DNA of 64,000 nucleotides. Source: Acinetobacter pittii. GTDB lineage: Bacteria; Bacteroidota; Bacteroidia; Chitinophagales; Chitinophagaceae. This document shows positions 1 through 10,372 of this stretch, piece after piece (positions within the stretch are counted from its first letter, which is position 1; each line of letters opens with the position of its first letter). The notes under the pieces are model-generated. The model was not told the origin of the DNA. It did not search any database and saw only the letters and a list, made by a program, of their open reading frames with translations. The stretch spans positions 1,150-65,149 of the forward strand of contig JBQGCI010000429.1 in the NCBI GenBank assembly GCA_052038405.1. The letters run 5' to 3'. Made by a program: the position numbers and the translations under genes.

Positions 1-107
1 CAGAAATAGCCTGGAACCTCAATTTTAAAGATGCTTCTTACTTTAACCGCTTCTTTAAAAAGGCAACCGCACTCACCCCTTTTGAATTTAGAAAACAGAT
101 TAAATAA
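1..107 (+). CDS. AraC-family transcriptional regulator, C-terminal fragment (gene starts before the window)
   Basis: Frame from nt 3 reads EIAWNLNFKDASYFNRFFKKATALTPFEFRKQIK-stop, the AraC second-HTH signature. Not in the ORF track. Confidence 0.85.
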   Translation, partial: EIAWNLNFKDASYFNRFFKKATALTPFEFRKQIK

Positions 108-117
108 AAGATTGATC

Positions 118-597
118 ATGCATACACAAACCATTCCCTCTATACAACCATCAGACGAAAGCAAACCCAGTTTTTTAAAAGTGTTGCAATGTAAATGCCC
201 CCGTTGCCGTAAGGGCAACCTGTTTGTTGAGCAAAATCCTTACAAGTTATCCAGCATTATGAAAATGAATGAGCCCTGCCCGGTTTGCGGACAGCCTTTT
301 GAGCTGGAAGTGGGCTTTTATTATGGCAGTGGCTATATCAGCTATGCCTTGTCCATTGCTTTAAGCGTGGCTTCTCTTATCGCCTGGTGGGTATTTGTCG
401 GCCTGAGCGTTAATGACAACCGGATATTTTACTGGCTGATTTTTAATGCTGTTCTACTCCTTGGTTTACAGCCATTAATTATGAGGTTGGCGCGTGCGAT
501 ATGGCTATCTTTTTTTGTGAGGTACGACAAAAACTGGCGAACCAATCCGCCTAAACAATCTGAAAGGTTGAATAAGGAGCAGGGAGGTAATTGGTAA
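118..597 (+). CDS. DUF983-like membrane protein with zinc-ribbon motifs
   Basis: KCPRC...CPVCG, GFYYGSGYISYAL and two TM segments. ATG 118 preferred because the ORF-track start overlaps the AraC gene. Confidence 0.75.
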   Translation: MHTQTIPSIQPSDESKPSFLKVLQCKCPRCRKGNLFVEQNPYKLSSIMKMNEPCPVCGQPFELEVGFYYGSGYISYALSIALSVASLIAWWVFVGLSVNDNRIFYWLIFNAVLLLGLQPLIMRLARAIWLSFFVRYDKNWRTNPPKQSERLNKEQGGNW

Positions 598-600
598 CGA

Positions 601-957
601 TTATTTCAACGCTTCTTTAAGTGCAGCGATATTCTTTTTTTCACTGCCGATAAAGATCTGATCGCCGAGGATTACGACCGGCCGCTTTAAAAAGGTGTCG
701 TGCGCTAATATATATTTTTTATAGTCATCCTCTGTAAGGACCTTATCTTTTAAACCCAGCTCCTTATACTTGAGCGCCCGGCGACTGAAAAGCGATTCAA
801 AAGATCCTGACCGTTCTTTCATCTCGTCCAATTGGGCAGATGTCATAGGCTGGGTTCTGATATCCTGCAACTCAAAACCCGTTTGCTCGCTGATATTCGC
901 ATGCTTCATTATTTCTGCGCAGGTACTGCAGGTAGAGAGGTAGTAAATTTTCTTCAT
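601..957 (-). CDS. ArsC/Spx-family protein
   Basis: YYLSTCSTC and FLKRPV motifs. Confidence 0.8.
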   Translation of the reverse strand: MKKIYYLSTCSTCAEIMKHANISEQTGFELQDIRTQPMTSAQLDEMKERSGSFESLFSRRALKYKELGLKDKVLTEDDYKKYILAHDTFLKRPVVILGDQIFIGSEKKNIAALKEALK

Positions 958-1052
958 CCGCCAATGATAGCAGTTGATGCCAGCCTTACAAATAAAGAGA
1001 CCATTTCAAATTTGAAATGGTCTGGAAGAAGAGCAGCAGGAATATGCCCTGT

Positions 1053-1916
1053 TTATTTTCTTTTGGCTGCTTTGTTTTCACTACAGATATTCTGGATCTG
1101 GCTGACAATGTCTTTGGATATATTGGTAAAAGTCGGCGCCACAACAGCGGCACCTCCCGTGTTGTTGGCGATAAGCTGTAGCTGATAATTGGCAGGATAT
1201 AGTACATTACCACCAAATGTGGTGAGCAATACACACTGCACACCCATGCTGTTTGCCGTTGCGGCAAGGTTCTGCAAAAAAGTATCGTCTGTTGCATTGG
1301 CATTATCATCATCTCCGCTGGCCGGGGCATCTGTAATAATAATAGCCAGCTTTGTGATATTGCCACTACGCCAGGCACCTGCAAAGCTGTTATTCAACAC
1401 TTCATGAAGCAGCAGATCGCCCGGCTCTGGTCCGCCAATACCCCAACCCATAGGCATGTTGGGATTATTGTTTAAAAAAGAAAGCTGTGTGCTGAAACTG
1501 GCGGCATTGGCAGGAGCAAATAGTTGCATCATGGTTAGATGCTGATCGGTATTGATGCCGGTTGTTATTATTTTCTTTTGAGCAGCGGGCAGGGATATAT
1601 AAGCCGGGCTGGCTATATAAGAAGGACCTCCTTCTTTGGGATACTCGTCAAAAATGCCCAGCGCCAGCCGGTAATCACCGCCGGATTCAGCCATAATCGT
1701 ATTAACAATGCTGCTCACCTCACTTTTTATAGAGTCGATAGCGTCACCCATGCTACCGGTGTAATCTATCAAAAAAGCTACATCCATGCCCGCGGCACAA
1801 CCGGCAGGCGCTTCGTCGTAGTGGCACAAGGCTGCGTTCTTGTTGCAGGAGGTAGCGGTAAATGTGATGATTCCTGTTAATAAAACAGTTATTGACTTTA
1901 TATAAAACGTTTTCAT
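1053..1916 (-). CDS. von Willebrand factor A domain lipoprotein
   Basis: Lipobox TATSC. MIDAS-like DVAFLIDYTGSM and IIITDA motifs. Confidence 0.8.
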   Translation of the reverse strand: MKTFYIKSITVLLTGIITFTATSCNKNAALCHYDEAPAGCAAGMDVAFLIDYTGSMGDAIDSIKSEVSSIVNTIMAESGGDYRLALGIFDEYPKEGGPSYIASPAYISLPAAQKKIITTGINTDQHLTMMQLFAPANAASFSTQLSFLNNNPNMPMGWGIGGPEPGDLLLHEVLNNSFAGAWRSGNITKLAIIITDAPASGDDDNANATDDTFLQNLAATANSMGVQCVLLTTFGGNVLYPANYQLQLIANNTGGAAVVAPTFTNISKDIVSQIQNICSENKAAKRK

Positions 1917-1973
1917 AACAAAAATTTTAAAGGGTTGAAACGGGAGATTGCAATCACAACCTCCCTGTTAAGG

Positions 1974-3683
1974 CTAGCGGTTATCAGGACAGATTACTTT
2001 CATTTCGGTACGGCGATTCAGCTGGTGGTCGGCCTCGCTGCAATCGGCTCCGTCCTTACAGCGGTTGAGCAGCTTTCTTTCTCCATAACCCACAGGTATC
2101 AGTCTTTCTTTTTCTATACCCTGCAGGACCAGGTAGTCTACTGCGGCGTCCGCACGTTTTTGTGAGAGGGTCATATTATAGGCATCCGAAGCCCTCGAGT
2201 CTGTATGTGATGATAGTTCTACCTTCACGCCCGGATTATCTTTCATAAACTGCCCAAGCTTGTTCAGTTCAGGCTTTGCCTCTTCTCTTATAAAGAATTT
2301 GTCAAGATCATAATAAATGTTCTTAAGGATAATGGCCTTGCCACAGTCTGTTTTTTCCATACACACTTCCAGCTTGATGAACAGCGTCTTATTACGGTCG
2401 AAATTTTGAGTAGTGATCGTTTCTGTTTGCGAGAAATAATCATTCTTTTTGGCATATACCGAGTAAGCAGCATTCTGCAACGCATGGAAAATGAATGCGC
2501 CTTTATCATTGGTTTGGGTGGTTTTTTGCTCCGCTTTTACGGTATGCGTCAACACCACGGAAGCGGCGGTTAAAGGGTTGGCCACATTACATTCCACTAC
2601 CTGTCCCCGGAGTATAAAACGATTGTCGGTATACAGTATTTCTTTTTGAAGGGTTTGGTTGGACCTGAAATCATCTTTATTCGCTACAGCGCCCTTCAGA
2701 TCTACACCAAACAGCTTTCCGGCAACGGCATAATTATCGGGACGGATATTATTAAATACGATTACCCCATAATGATTGGTAGTGCCGCTTTGAACAATTT
2801 CTCCATACACATTTTTGAGTACCACATCCGTATTCGGCAGTATTTCGCCTGTGTACTCATCTTTAGCCGTAACCGCCAAAGCGTAATTATCACAGGTATT
2901 GCAATCTTCTTTTGGCACCGGCTTCTTTTCTTTTTTAGGCATTTGAAGGTTTACGCCGGCAAAAGCACCCAAAGAGCTGATGCCGCAATTGCAGGCATTG
3001 TTGCGCTGCACCAGCGAAGACTGTGATCCCGCATTATCATCCGTAAGCGGCAGGTAGGCTGCGGAAAATCCCAGTTGGGCATCAGTGAGTTCAGGTGCCC
3101 GAAAATGCCTCATGTAATAAACCCCTGCATGCAGGCCGACAGAAGGGGTAAAATAATAGCTGAACTGTGCCTGTGCTTTAGCAGATAATATATTTTTGGC
3201 ATCATAGCCAGCATGATGATTCAACAATTGAGCCGGCGAAACAACAGACAGTTGGGTGTACCCGCCTCTGATATTGGCCAGTCCGCCGCGCAGAAACAGT
3301 TCGGCAGCAGACTTTTCTGTACGTTGGTATTTAAAAGAGGGTCCGAGACCGTAAAATATCCGGCTGATCTCATCTTCCTTCCGCTCTAACACGGAGCTGG
3401 CATATACAGCAGTAGGATAATTGCTTCGAAGACGGTTCTTTATATAATCCACATCGGCGCCCAGGCCTATCCAGCCCCGGTAATAATTAAAGCTGGCGCC
3501 CGCGGCCAGTCCTCCTTTGTAATCAATATAAGGTGTGTTGTTGTTATAAAAAGGCAGCCCGTCGTAGCCGCCTCTCAGCGAAGTGCTGAAGCCTTTGCTG
3601 CTCATACCTTGTGAGTTGACCTGACCGGCCCCAGCAAAGGTCAGTGCCTGTAAAACAAATAATACAATTAGTAGCTTTTTCAT
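1974..3683 (-). CDS. OmpA-family protein (N-terminal beta-barrel-like region, carboxypeptidase-regulatory-like repeats, C-terminal OmpA domain)
   Basis: Signal peptide. NIYYDLDK, SSHTDSRASDAYNMTLSQKRA, GYGE and NRRTE motifs. Confidence 0.9.
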   Translation of the reverse strand: MKKLLIVLFVLQALTFAGAGQVNSQGMSSKGFSTSLRGGYDGLPFYNNNTPYIDYKGGLAAGASFNYYRGWIGLGADVDYIKNRLRSNYPTAVYASSVLERKEDEISRIFYGLGPSFKYQRTEKSAAELFLRGGLANIRGGYTQLSVVSPAQLLNHHAGYDAKNILSAKAQAQFSYYFTPSVGLHAGVYYMRHFRAPELTDAQLGFSAAYLPLTDDNAGSQSSLVQRNNACNCGISSLGAFAGVNLQMPKKEKKPVPKEDCNTCDNYALAVTAKDEYTGEILPNTDVVLKNVYGEIVQSGTTNHYGVIVFNNIRPDNYAVAGKLFGVDLKGAVANKDDFRSNQTLQKEILYTDNRFILRGQVVECNVANPLTAASVVLTHTVKAEQKTTQTNDKGAFIFHALQNAAYSVYAKKNDYFSQTETITTQNFDRNKTLFIKLEVCMEKTDCGKAIILKNIYYDLDKFFIREEAKPELNKLGQFMKDNPGVKVELSSHTDSRASDAYNMTLSQKRADAAVDYLVLQGIEKERLIPVGYGERKLLNRCKDGADCSEADHQLNRRTEMKVICPDNR

Positions 3684-3950
3684 AATATACCTGTTTTATT
3701 GTGAAGCCCCTGGTAGTTTCCCGCATCCCGGGCGGATGATTTACAGGTATATCAGGCATTGGCAGAAATTGTTACCCCTGATCAGGATTTTTGTTGAAGC
3801 CGTTACCGATGGGTCATTTGCCGGCACCTTATTCAGAAGGAAAGTTTCCATTGGTGCAACGAAGCGCCGCCGCGAGCTGTCAACATACTGCTCAAAATCC
3901 CAACCTTTCCTCAAAAGATTTGTTATCTTTGCATACTAATTTTCAGAATT

Positions 3951-4547
3951 ATGATTAAAACAGGAAGTCCCGTTATCAGCATATATACAGAAATGACACC
4001 CAACCCCGAAACCATGAAGTTTGTTGCCAACAAGCTTTTATATCCGGGTAAGAGTATCGATTTCCCGGATGCGGAAAGTGCCAAACCTTCGCCGTTAGCA
4101 ACAGAACTATTTGGTTTTCCGTTCATTAAAGCTGTTTTTATCGCCAGCAATTTTGTTACCCTTACCAAGACAGCTGATGCTGAGTGGATGGATGTAACGC
4201 CTTCTATCCGCCAGTTTTTGAAGGATTACCTGGAAGAAGGAAAAGAAGTAATTAACGAAGACGAGATTATTGAAGTGAAGAAAGAAAGCAGCAATGAAGT
4301 ATTGGCTGACGATGATGATGTGGTAAAGCGTATTAAAGAATTACTGGAGAACTACGTAAAACCGGCTGTTGAAATGGACGGCGGTGCCATTCAGTTTAAA
4401 AGCTATGACGATGGGGTGGTAAGCCTGATGATGCAGGGCAGCTGCAGCGGATGTCCTTCATCGATGATCACTTTAAAATCGGGCATTGAAGGTATGATGA
4501 AGCGTATGATTCCCGAGGTTAAAGAAGTGGTAGCTGAAGCCGAATAA
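3951..4547 (+). CDS. NifU/NfuA-type Fe-S cluster scaffold (Nfu_N + NifU domains)
   Basis: TPNPETMKF at the N-terminus. VKPAVEMDGG and GSCSGCPSS motifs. Confidence 0.92.
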   Translation: MIKTGSPVISIYTEMTPNPETMKFVANKLLYPGKSIDFPDAESAKPSPLATELFGFPFIKAVFIASNFVTLTKTADAEWMDVTPSIRQFLKDYLEEGKEVINEDEIIEVKKESSNEVLADDDDVVKRIKELLENYVKPAVEMDGGAIQFKSYDDGVVSLMMQGSCSGCPSSMITLKSGIEGMMKRMIPEVKEVVAEAE

Positions 4548-4569
4548 TTTTTTCAATTTTTGTTTTTTG

Positions 4570-4602
4570 AAAAGCTGTGCATTCAAACGCACAGCTTTTT
4601 GT
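4570..4602 (+). terminator. Rho-independent terminator
   Basis: aaaagctgtg-loop-cacagctttt followed by a T run, just after the NifU stop. Confidence 0.75.
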
Positions 4603-4630
4603 TTCAGCGTACTTTTGAAAAAATCTACGT

Positions 4631-5260
4631 TTGCAGGAATTTTTTAACCCGTTTATCAGCGGCCTCAAGGCTACTACCATTCCGGAGTACATCGCCGTGC
4701 TGGCTGGGATAGCGAGTGTGTGGTATAGCCGTAAAGAAAATATCCTGGTTTATCCAACGGGATTACTCAACACTGTTATTTACATCTGGCTCAGCTTTAA
4801 GTATCATTTGCTAGGTGAAGCCGCCGTAAATTTCTACTACACCGTTATGAATATATATGGCTGGTATCTATGGACGCGCAAAAATGAACAGCAGCAGGCC
4901 ATTGTACGGGTCCGTTTTTCATCGGCAAAAGAAGGGTTGGGACAATTATTATTTTTTACGGTTTTTTACCTGGCCATTTTTTTTGCATTGAGCTATTTGA
5001 AGAAGGCTTTCGCAGCGGGCGCTATTCCCTGGGCCGATGCACTGGCGTCAGCCAGCGCCTTTACCGGTATGTGGCTGATGGCTAAGAAAAAAGTAGAAAG
5101 CTGGTACTGGTGGATCATCACCAATATTTGCGGTATGCCTTTATATTTTGTAAAAGGGCTGGTATTCACATCGGTTTATTATTTCGTTTTACTGATTTTA
5201 GCAATAGGAGGTCTGATAGAGTGGCGAAGAAGAGCTTATCCAAATAAGAGTGATGATTAA
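4631..5260 (+). CDS. pnuC: Nicotinamide riboside transporter PnuC
   Basis: YGWYLW, DALASA...WLMAKKKVESWYWW motifs; multi-TM. Confidence 0.9.
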   Translation: MQEFFNPFISGLKATTIPEYIAVLAGIASVWYSRKENILVYPTGLLNTVIYIWLSFKYHLLGEAAVNFYYTVMNIYGWYLWTRKNEQQQAIVRVRFSSAKEGLGQLLFFTVFYLAIFFALSYLKKAFAAGAIPWADALASASAFTGMWLMAKKKVESWYWWIITNICGMPLYFVKGLVFTSVYYFVLLILAIGGLIEWRRRAYPNKSDD

Positions 5261-5855
5261 AAAAATAGTAATTATAGGGCCTGAGAGTACGGGAAAAAGT
5301 ACCCTTTGCGAACAGCTGGCCGCTCATTACAACACCGTTTGGTGTCCTGAGTACGCCCGTGAATACCTGTTGCAAAACGGCACCCATTATACATTTGACG
5401 ATCTGGCCAGCATAGCAAAGGGACAGCTGGCTTTGGAAGAGGCTTATATGGAGCGGGCAAGAAGCCCGAAGTTATCAGGCATCCCCGTCCGACCGGATCA
5501 TCCGGGCGGGCAACATCCGATACCCGGCATCCGGCCCCTTTTCCTCGACACCGATATGTATTTGATGAAAGTATGGTGTGAGTTTGTTTTTGGCCAATGC
5601 CACCGGTTTATACTGGACGAAATTGTGACACGCAAATATGATCTGTACCTGCTCTGTAACACCGATCTGCCATGGACGAAAGATGAACTGCGGGAATACC
5701 CCGACCTGGGAACCCGGGAAACCTTGTTTAAAATGTATAAAGACCTTCTTGTTAACCAATCAACCCCCTGGGTTGACATCATGGGCAGTGATGAGGCACG
5801 TCTGAGAACAGCCATTGAGGCCACCGATAAATTATTATATGAACATCAGTATTAA
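5250..5855 (+). CDS. NadR-like P-loop ATPase/kinase (AAA_28)
   Basis: GPESTGKST, PEYAREY, DLPW..DELRE motifs; coupled to pnuC. Confidence 0.88.
   Translation: MMIKKIVIIGPESTGKSTLCEQLAAHYNTVWCPEYAREYLLQNGTHYTFDDLASIAKGQLALEEAYMERARSPKLSGIPVRPDHPGGQHPIPGIRPLFLDTDMYLMKVWCEFVFGQCHRFILDEIVTRKYDLYLLCNTDLPWTKDELREYPDLGTRETLFKMYKDLLVNQSTPWVDIMGSDEARLRTAIEATDKLLYEHQY
5484..5540. repeat. GC-rich palindrome plus heptad repeats inside the NadR-like CDS
   Basis: cccgtccg...ccggat-c-atccgg...cgggcggg followed by caacatc/cgatacc/cggcatc/cggcccc. Confidence 0.55.
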
Positions 5856-6318
5856 AAAGTATTCGGGCATTTACATTTTAGAGGCAACACAGCAACTGAG
5901 CACAACGCTTGCTGATGCCTGGAGCTATTTTGCCACGCCTGCCAATCTTCAAAGTATAACACCTGACAATATTGGCTTTGAGATTACCTCGGGCAATAAT
6001 GGCGATATGTATCCGGGTAAACTCATTACTTACCAGATATCCATCTTTCCTTTAGTAAAAAATAAATGGGTTACAGAAATTACACATATCGCGCATCAAA
6101 AATATTTTATCGATGAACAACGAAAAGGACCGTATGCTATGTGGCACCATGAGCACCATTTCGAAGAAAATGCGAAGGGTGTGTTGATGACCGACCTGGT
6201 TAGTTATAAGCTGCCGATGGGGTTCGCTGGCCGCATGGTTGCAGGTAGCCTGGTGGCTAAAAAGCTACACGATATTTTTTCTTTCCGCTATAAAATCCTG
6301 CAACAACATTTTGGCTAA
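5839..6318 (+). CDS. SRPBCC-family protein
   Basis: PANLQSITP, WVTEIT and FIDEQRKGPYAMWHHEHHF motifs. Confidence 0.85.
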   Translation: MNISIKKYSGIYILEATQQLSTTLADAWSYFATPANLQSITPDNIGFEITSGNNGDMYPGKLITYQISIFPLVKNKWVTEITHIAHQKYFIDEQRKGPYAMWHHEHHFEENAKGVLMTDLVSYKLPMGFAGRMVAGSLVAKKLHDIFSFRYKILQQHFG

Positions 6319-6614
6319 TGTGCGGCGTTAGATTTTAATACATTTTCCAATTCTGCGAGGGGACGTACGCCCGACTGCCGCCAAACCGGTTTCCCGTTTT
6401 TAAATACAATCAATGTCGGCACGCCCTGTACCTGGTAGGCATTGGCCGCCTGCGGGCTTTTATCCACATCAATTTTAATAATCGTAGCCGCATCGCCAAC
6501 GCGCTCCTTTAATTGCTCCAGCACCGGCGCCATCATTTTACAAGGACCGCACCATTCTGCAAAAAAGTCTACCAATACCGGCTTATCCTGGTTGATGATT
6601 TCTTTAAAAGTCAT
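6315..6614 (-). CDS. trxA: Thioredoxin
   Basis: WCGPC active site; 99 aa. Confidence 0.93.
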   Translation of the reverse strand: MTFKEIINQDKPVLVDFFAEWCGPCKMMAPVLEQLKERVGDAATIIKIDVDKSPQAANAYQVQGVPTLIVFKNGKPVWRQSGVRPLAELENVLKSNAAH

Positions 6615-6702
6615 ATTTGTTCTTTTTTGTCCGTACTATATAACACAAAAAGCAGACCGGTTCCCTTGCATAAATAGGGTGTTTACTGGAGCAAAATTTC
6701 AC

Positions 6703-7398
6703 CTATTTGCTATTGATAATGGCCTGTATGTCCCTGTCAGGTCTTAAAAAGTTCATTTGCTGTACAATCTTTTTGGTACGTGCAGATACGTAAGGGCTCA
6801 TAGGTTTTACCGAATACTTTTTCGGATTGGGCAATGCGGCTGCTATGGCGGCGGCCTGGCTCTGCGAAAGATCTTTTGCTGTTTTTCCAAAATAGGCTTG
6901 TGCTGCCTTTTCTACCCCAAAAATGCCTTTACCCGTTTCTGCAACGTTCAGATATACTTCTAAAATCCTTTTTTTACCCCATATTTTCTCGATCATGAAG
7001 GTGAAATAGGTTTCCAGGCCCTTTCGTATCCAACTGCGTCCCTGCCAGAGAAAAACATTTTTTGCCGTTTGCTGGCTGATCGTGCTGCCGCCGCGAACCC
7101 GGCCGGGTTTTCTTTGATTGTAATCCAATGCCTTTTGAATACTCTTCCAGTCAAAACCGTTGTGATCCGGAAAGAGCTGGTCTTCGGATGCGATGACGGC
7201 CAGGCCGGCATTTAGCGACATCTGGCTCAGGGGAACATATTCCTTCTCCATGCTTTGTTCCTGGATAAGACTCACCAGCTGTGTAATGGTGATGGGCGGA
7301 TTTATCCATTTTAAAGCTACTATATAAACAAGCTGGGCAATAAACAGGACAAGGAATGTTCTCTTTATCAATCTCCATATTCTTTTAATCCGCTTCAT
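6703..7398 (-). CDS. mtgA: Monofunctional peptidoglycan transglycosylase
   Basis: ASEDQLF, RGGSTISQQTAKN, RKGLE and KRILEVYLN GT51 motifs. Confidence 0.93.
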   Translation of the reverse strand: MKRIKRIWRLIKRTFLVLFIAQLVYIVALKWINPPITITQLVSLIQEQSMEKEYVPLSQMSLNAGLAVIASEDQLFPDHNGFDWKSIQKALDYNQRKPGRVRGGSTISQQTAKNVFLWQGRSWIRKGLETYFTFMIEKIWGKKRILEVYLNVAETGKGIFGVEKAAQAYFGKTAKDLSQSQAAAIAAALPNPKKYSVKPMSPYVSARTKKIVQQMNFLRPDRDIQAIINSK

Positions 7399-7481
7399 GC
7401 CTTTGCAATATATCAAAAAGTTTAATGGTTTATATGCTGAGCACAAACCTTATCAATAAAAGACTTTGAAATCGTTCCGAA

Positions 7482-8114
7482 CTAATGCGGTTTATACAGC
7501 AGCAGGCCCACAACCAGGGCAATGGAAAACCCAATCAATATAATACCATTGATACGGTTGATCAACTGGATATTATGCGGGGTAAGCCGGTTCCGGATCT
7601 TGCCTGCCAGCATTACTTTAGTGACATCTGCAGCGAGTACTACCAACAAGCAGGTAGCAAAAATAACAATACGCTCCTGTATCGTGTGGTTGATTACCGA
7701 AGATGAGGCCATGAGCCAATATAAAAACACTGAAGGATTAAGGGTGTTCATCAAGAACCCTGAAAGAAACATTTTAGCATAATCTCTTTTACGGAAACTG
7801 GTCTGGATGGCTTTGCCCTGCTCATTGATCTTTACCTTTTTGAAAAAAAGAAAATAGATTCCCAAAGCCAGTAAAAACAGGCTGCCGGTAATGCCAATAC
7901 CCTGTTTGTATTCGCTGATCTCAAGAAACAAAGCAGAAAATACATTACTGACAAAAGCAAAAGTAAAGTCGCTGGCAGAAACGCCGATGACAAAAGCGAT
8001 TCCACCTTTATGACCCACATTAATACTATGCTTGATGATAGAAAAAAGAACGGGGCCAACCGCTATGCTTAACAATAATCCTAAGGTTAATCCTTTAATT
8101 AAGCCTTCAATCAT
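7482..8114 (-). CDS. LysE-family translocator
   Basis: VGPV and GFLMNTLNP motifs; 6 hydrophobic segments. Confidence 0.85.
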   Translation of the reverse strand: MIEGLIKGLTLGLLLSIAVGPVLFSIIKHSINVGHKGGIAFVIGVSASDFTFAFVSNVFSALFLEISEYKQGIGITGSLFLLALGIYFLFFKKVKINEQGKAIQTSFRKRDYAKMFLSGFLMNTLNPSVFLYWLMASSSVINHTIQERIVIFATCLLVVLAADVTKVMLAGKIRNRLTPHNIQLINRINGIILIGFSIALVVGLLLYKPH

Positions 8115-8154
8115 AGTGCCGGCAAGATTAATGAAGTTTTTTTAAGGAGCGAAG

Positions 8155-9687
8155 TTAAATTTTACCAGTGGCCAGGAACTTGTCCCAGTTTTCAAGCATA
8201 TTACCTTTCATTACCCGGGGAAATTTATTCTGGCTACCCAGTTTACCCCTTAGCTCCATGAATTTAAGAAATTTTTCTTCGGGTAAAATTTCAATAAAAA
8301 TATCACTCAGGGCGCTGGTTCTTTCTGTTGCATAGTCGTCGTTGATGGCTTTCAGCGTATCATCAATAAATTGCAGCAACGCTGCAGCATCTATATTGTC
8401 GTCGGTAGCAATATACCATTTATGCGCAAAGTAATTTTTATAGGGGAATCCGGTTACGGTATACTCCGGTATGCTGATATTAAAGTGATTGTTAGCTTTT
8501 TCTATCGCACAGTTCATATTTTCAACACTTAAATGCTCTCCTACCAGGCTTAAGAAATGCTTGGTGCGCCCGGTTATCACAACTTCACATTTTTCCACAT
8601 TCAAAAACCGGATGGTGTCTCCGATGAGATAGCGCCATGAGCCGGCATTAGTATTCAGCAGAATGGCATAATCTTTACCATACTCCACTTCGTCGATAAG
8701 TAATGCCTCCGCCTCCGGCTTTACATTCCCGTCTGCGTCAAAATTATTGCTGTCGAAAGGAACAAATTCAAAAAAGATATTATTATTGGTAATCAGCTGC
8801 ATTCCTAATGCATGTTCCTTCATTTTATAGCCGATAAACCCTTCGCTTGATAAATAGTTTTCAATGTAAACGATGGGTTTACCCAATAGTTTTTCGAACG
8901 ATTTCTTGTAGGGCTGAAAAGATACGCCACCGTGTACAAAAACCCCGAAATTGGGCCAGATCTCATGAATATTATTGACCTTGTACCTTTCAATCACCAT
9001 CTCCATACACATCTGGCACCAGGCCGGAACGCCTACGATGTAGCCGATATCCCATTCGCGCGCATGCTCTACGATTTCTTTAAGCTTTTCATTCCAGTCT
9101 TTCAAAGCTGCAATACGCCCGCCGGGTTTATAAAAGGTCTGAAACCAAAACGGCCTTTTTTTTGCCAGGATACCGCTTAGATCTCCTGCATACCAGCCCA
9201 TATCACTTTTTTGAAGGTCGGTAGTACCGCCTATCATCAGGAAACTTTTCCTGAGCGCCTTTTTGTTGGCCTCCTGGTAAGAAAAAACACTGATCAGTTG
9301 CCTGATATAATTAATGGTATTGCTACGTAGCAGGTCTTTGGTAACCGGTATATACTTGCTGGCGGCCTCGGAGGTTCCCGAACTCAACGCAAAGTATTCA
9401 ATTTTTCCCGGCCAGGTAATATCCGGAACGCCATCAAGTGTTCTAACCCACCACTCATTGTAAATTTTATTGTAGTCGTGAATAGGAACTGATTGTTGGA
9501 ACGACTTTTCAACGTTTTTACTTAAGAGCACCTGATCAAAGTTGTACTTTTGACCAAATTCGGTAAATCTTGCCTTTTTAAGTAGCTTTTTGAGCACTTT
9601 ACGCTGCTGCTTTCGGGCATCGGAGGTGGGAAGCCCCAAAGCCCGGGCAATCGCTTTCGGTATTTTAAAATCAATTATTGAAGCCAT
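8155..9687 (-). CDS. GH3 auxin-responsive-promoter family (acyl-adenylate-forming) protein
   Basis: SSGTS..SKYIP, YLSSEGF, WRYLIGDT and QNKFPR motifs. Confidence 0.88.
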   Translation of the reverse strand: MASIIDFKIPKAIARALGLPTSDARKQQRKVLKKLLKKARFTEFGQKYNFDQVLLSKNVEKSFQQSVPIHDYNKIYNEWWVRTLDGVPDITWPGKIEYFALSSGTSEAASKYIPVTKDLLRSNTINYIRQLISVFSYQEANKKALRKSFLMIGGTTDLQKSDMGWYAGDLSGILAKKRPFWFQTFYKPGGRIAALKDWNEKLKEIVEHAREWDIGYIVGVPAWCQMCMEMVIERYKVNNIHEIWPNFGVFVHGGVSFQPYKKSFEKLLGKPIVYIENYLSSEGFIGYKMKEHALGMQLITNNNIFFEFVPFDSNNFDADGNVKPEAEALLIDEVEYGKDYAILLNTNAGSWRYLIGDTIRFLNVEKCEVVITGRTKHFLSLVGEHLSVENMNCAIEKANNHFNISIPEYTVTGFPYKNYFAHKWYIATDDNIDAAALLQFIDDTLKAINDDYATERTSALSDIFIEILPEEKFLKFMELRGKLGSQNKFPRVMKGNMLENWDKFLATGKI

Positions 9688-10048
9688 AAAACTACTACCT
9701 TGTGGGTGCAGCAAAGATGCAAGATACGATTTTGTGAAAAATGGTTTTTCCTGATCCTTCTTGGTATTCAGAAAAGTTTACTTGCAGGAAATCCTATATG
9801 GCTTCAGGTTGGTTACAAGCAACCTCCGCCTCTATTTTTGCTCTACACTAATGCCTTGTAAACAAATATAACGATTGCACCCTAAAAGCAGGGATATACT
9901 TTACTTTGGAATGGAAGTTTTGCGCGCTGTAGAATTGATTTTTGAGCGGGGTCAATAAAACGCGCGATTATTAAAGCCTGTTACTGTCAGTTCCGGGCAG
10001 GCAGCGTGTTGAAAGAAGTAAGATGCCGCCTGGTGCACTCTTTCCTTT

Positions 10049-10252
10049 TCAATAGAGCATAAGCATAGCAACCAACAGCAATATAAGGAGAACGGATATG
10101 CCGGTTAAAAAAGATACACCCAGAACGACCAGGAGCTTGTCCTTTTTCACCTGGGCTGCTTTTCCTCCGTTTCGCTTCAGGTGGTTTAATGCGTCCTGCA
10201 GTTTCTGAGGTGTTTGCTCATTGGTAAGAAAACTGATCATTCTGTTATTCAT
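10049..10252 (-). CDS. Small hypothetical protein with C-terminal TM helix
   Basis: ORF fills the intergenic gap and has a hydrophobic C-terminus; no motif recognised. Confidence 0.45.
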   Translation of the reverse strand: MNNRMISFLTNEQTPQKLQDALNHLKRNGGKAAQVKKDKLLVVLGVSFLTGISVLLILLLVAMLMLY

Positions 10253-10372
10253 TATGGTAGATTTTGAAGAAAGCAGATATTCATCCCAAAGAAAGCAAAA
10301 AACCAAAGGGTAGGAAAGGGGATTTTTCCCGTATTTTAATGGCCCTCCCGTAGCCTTTCCTATCTTTGCTGC

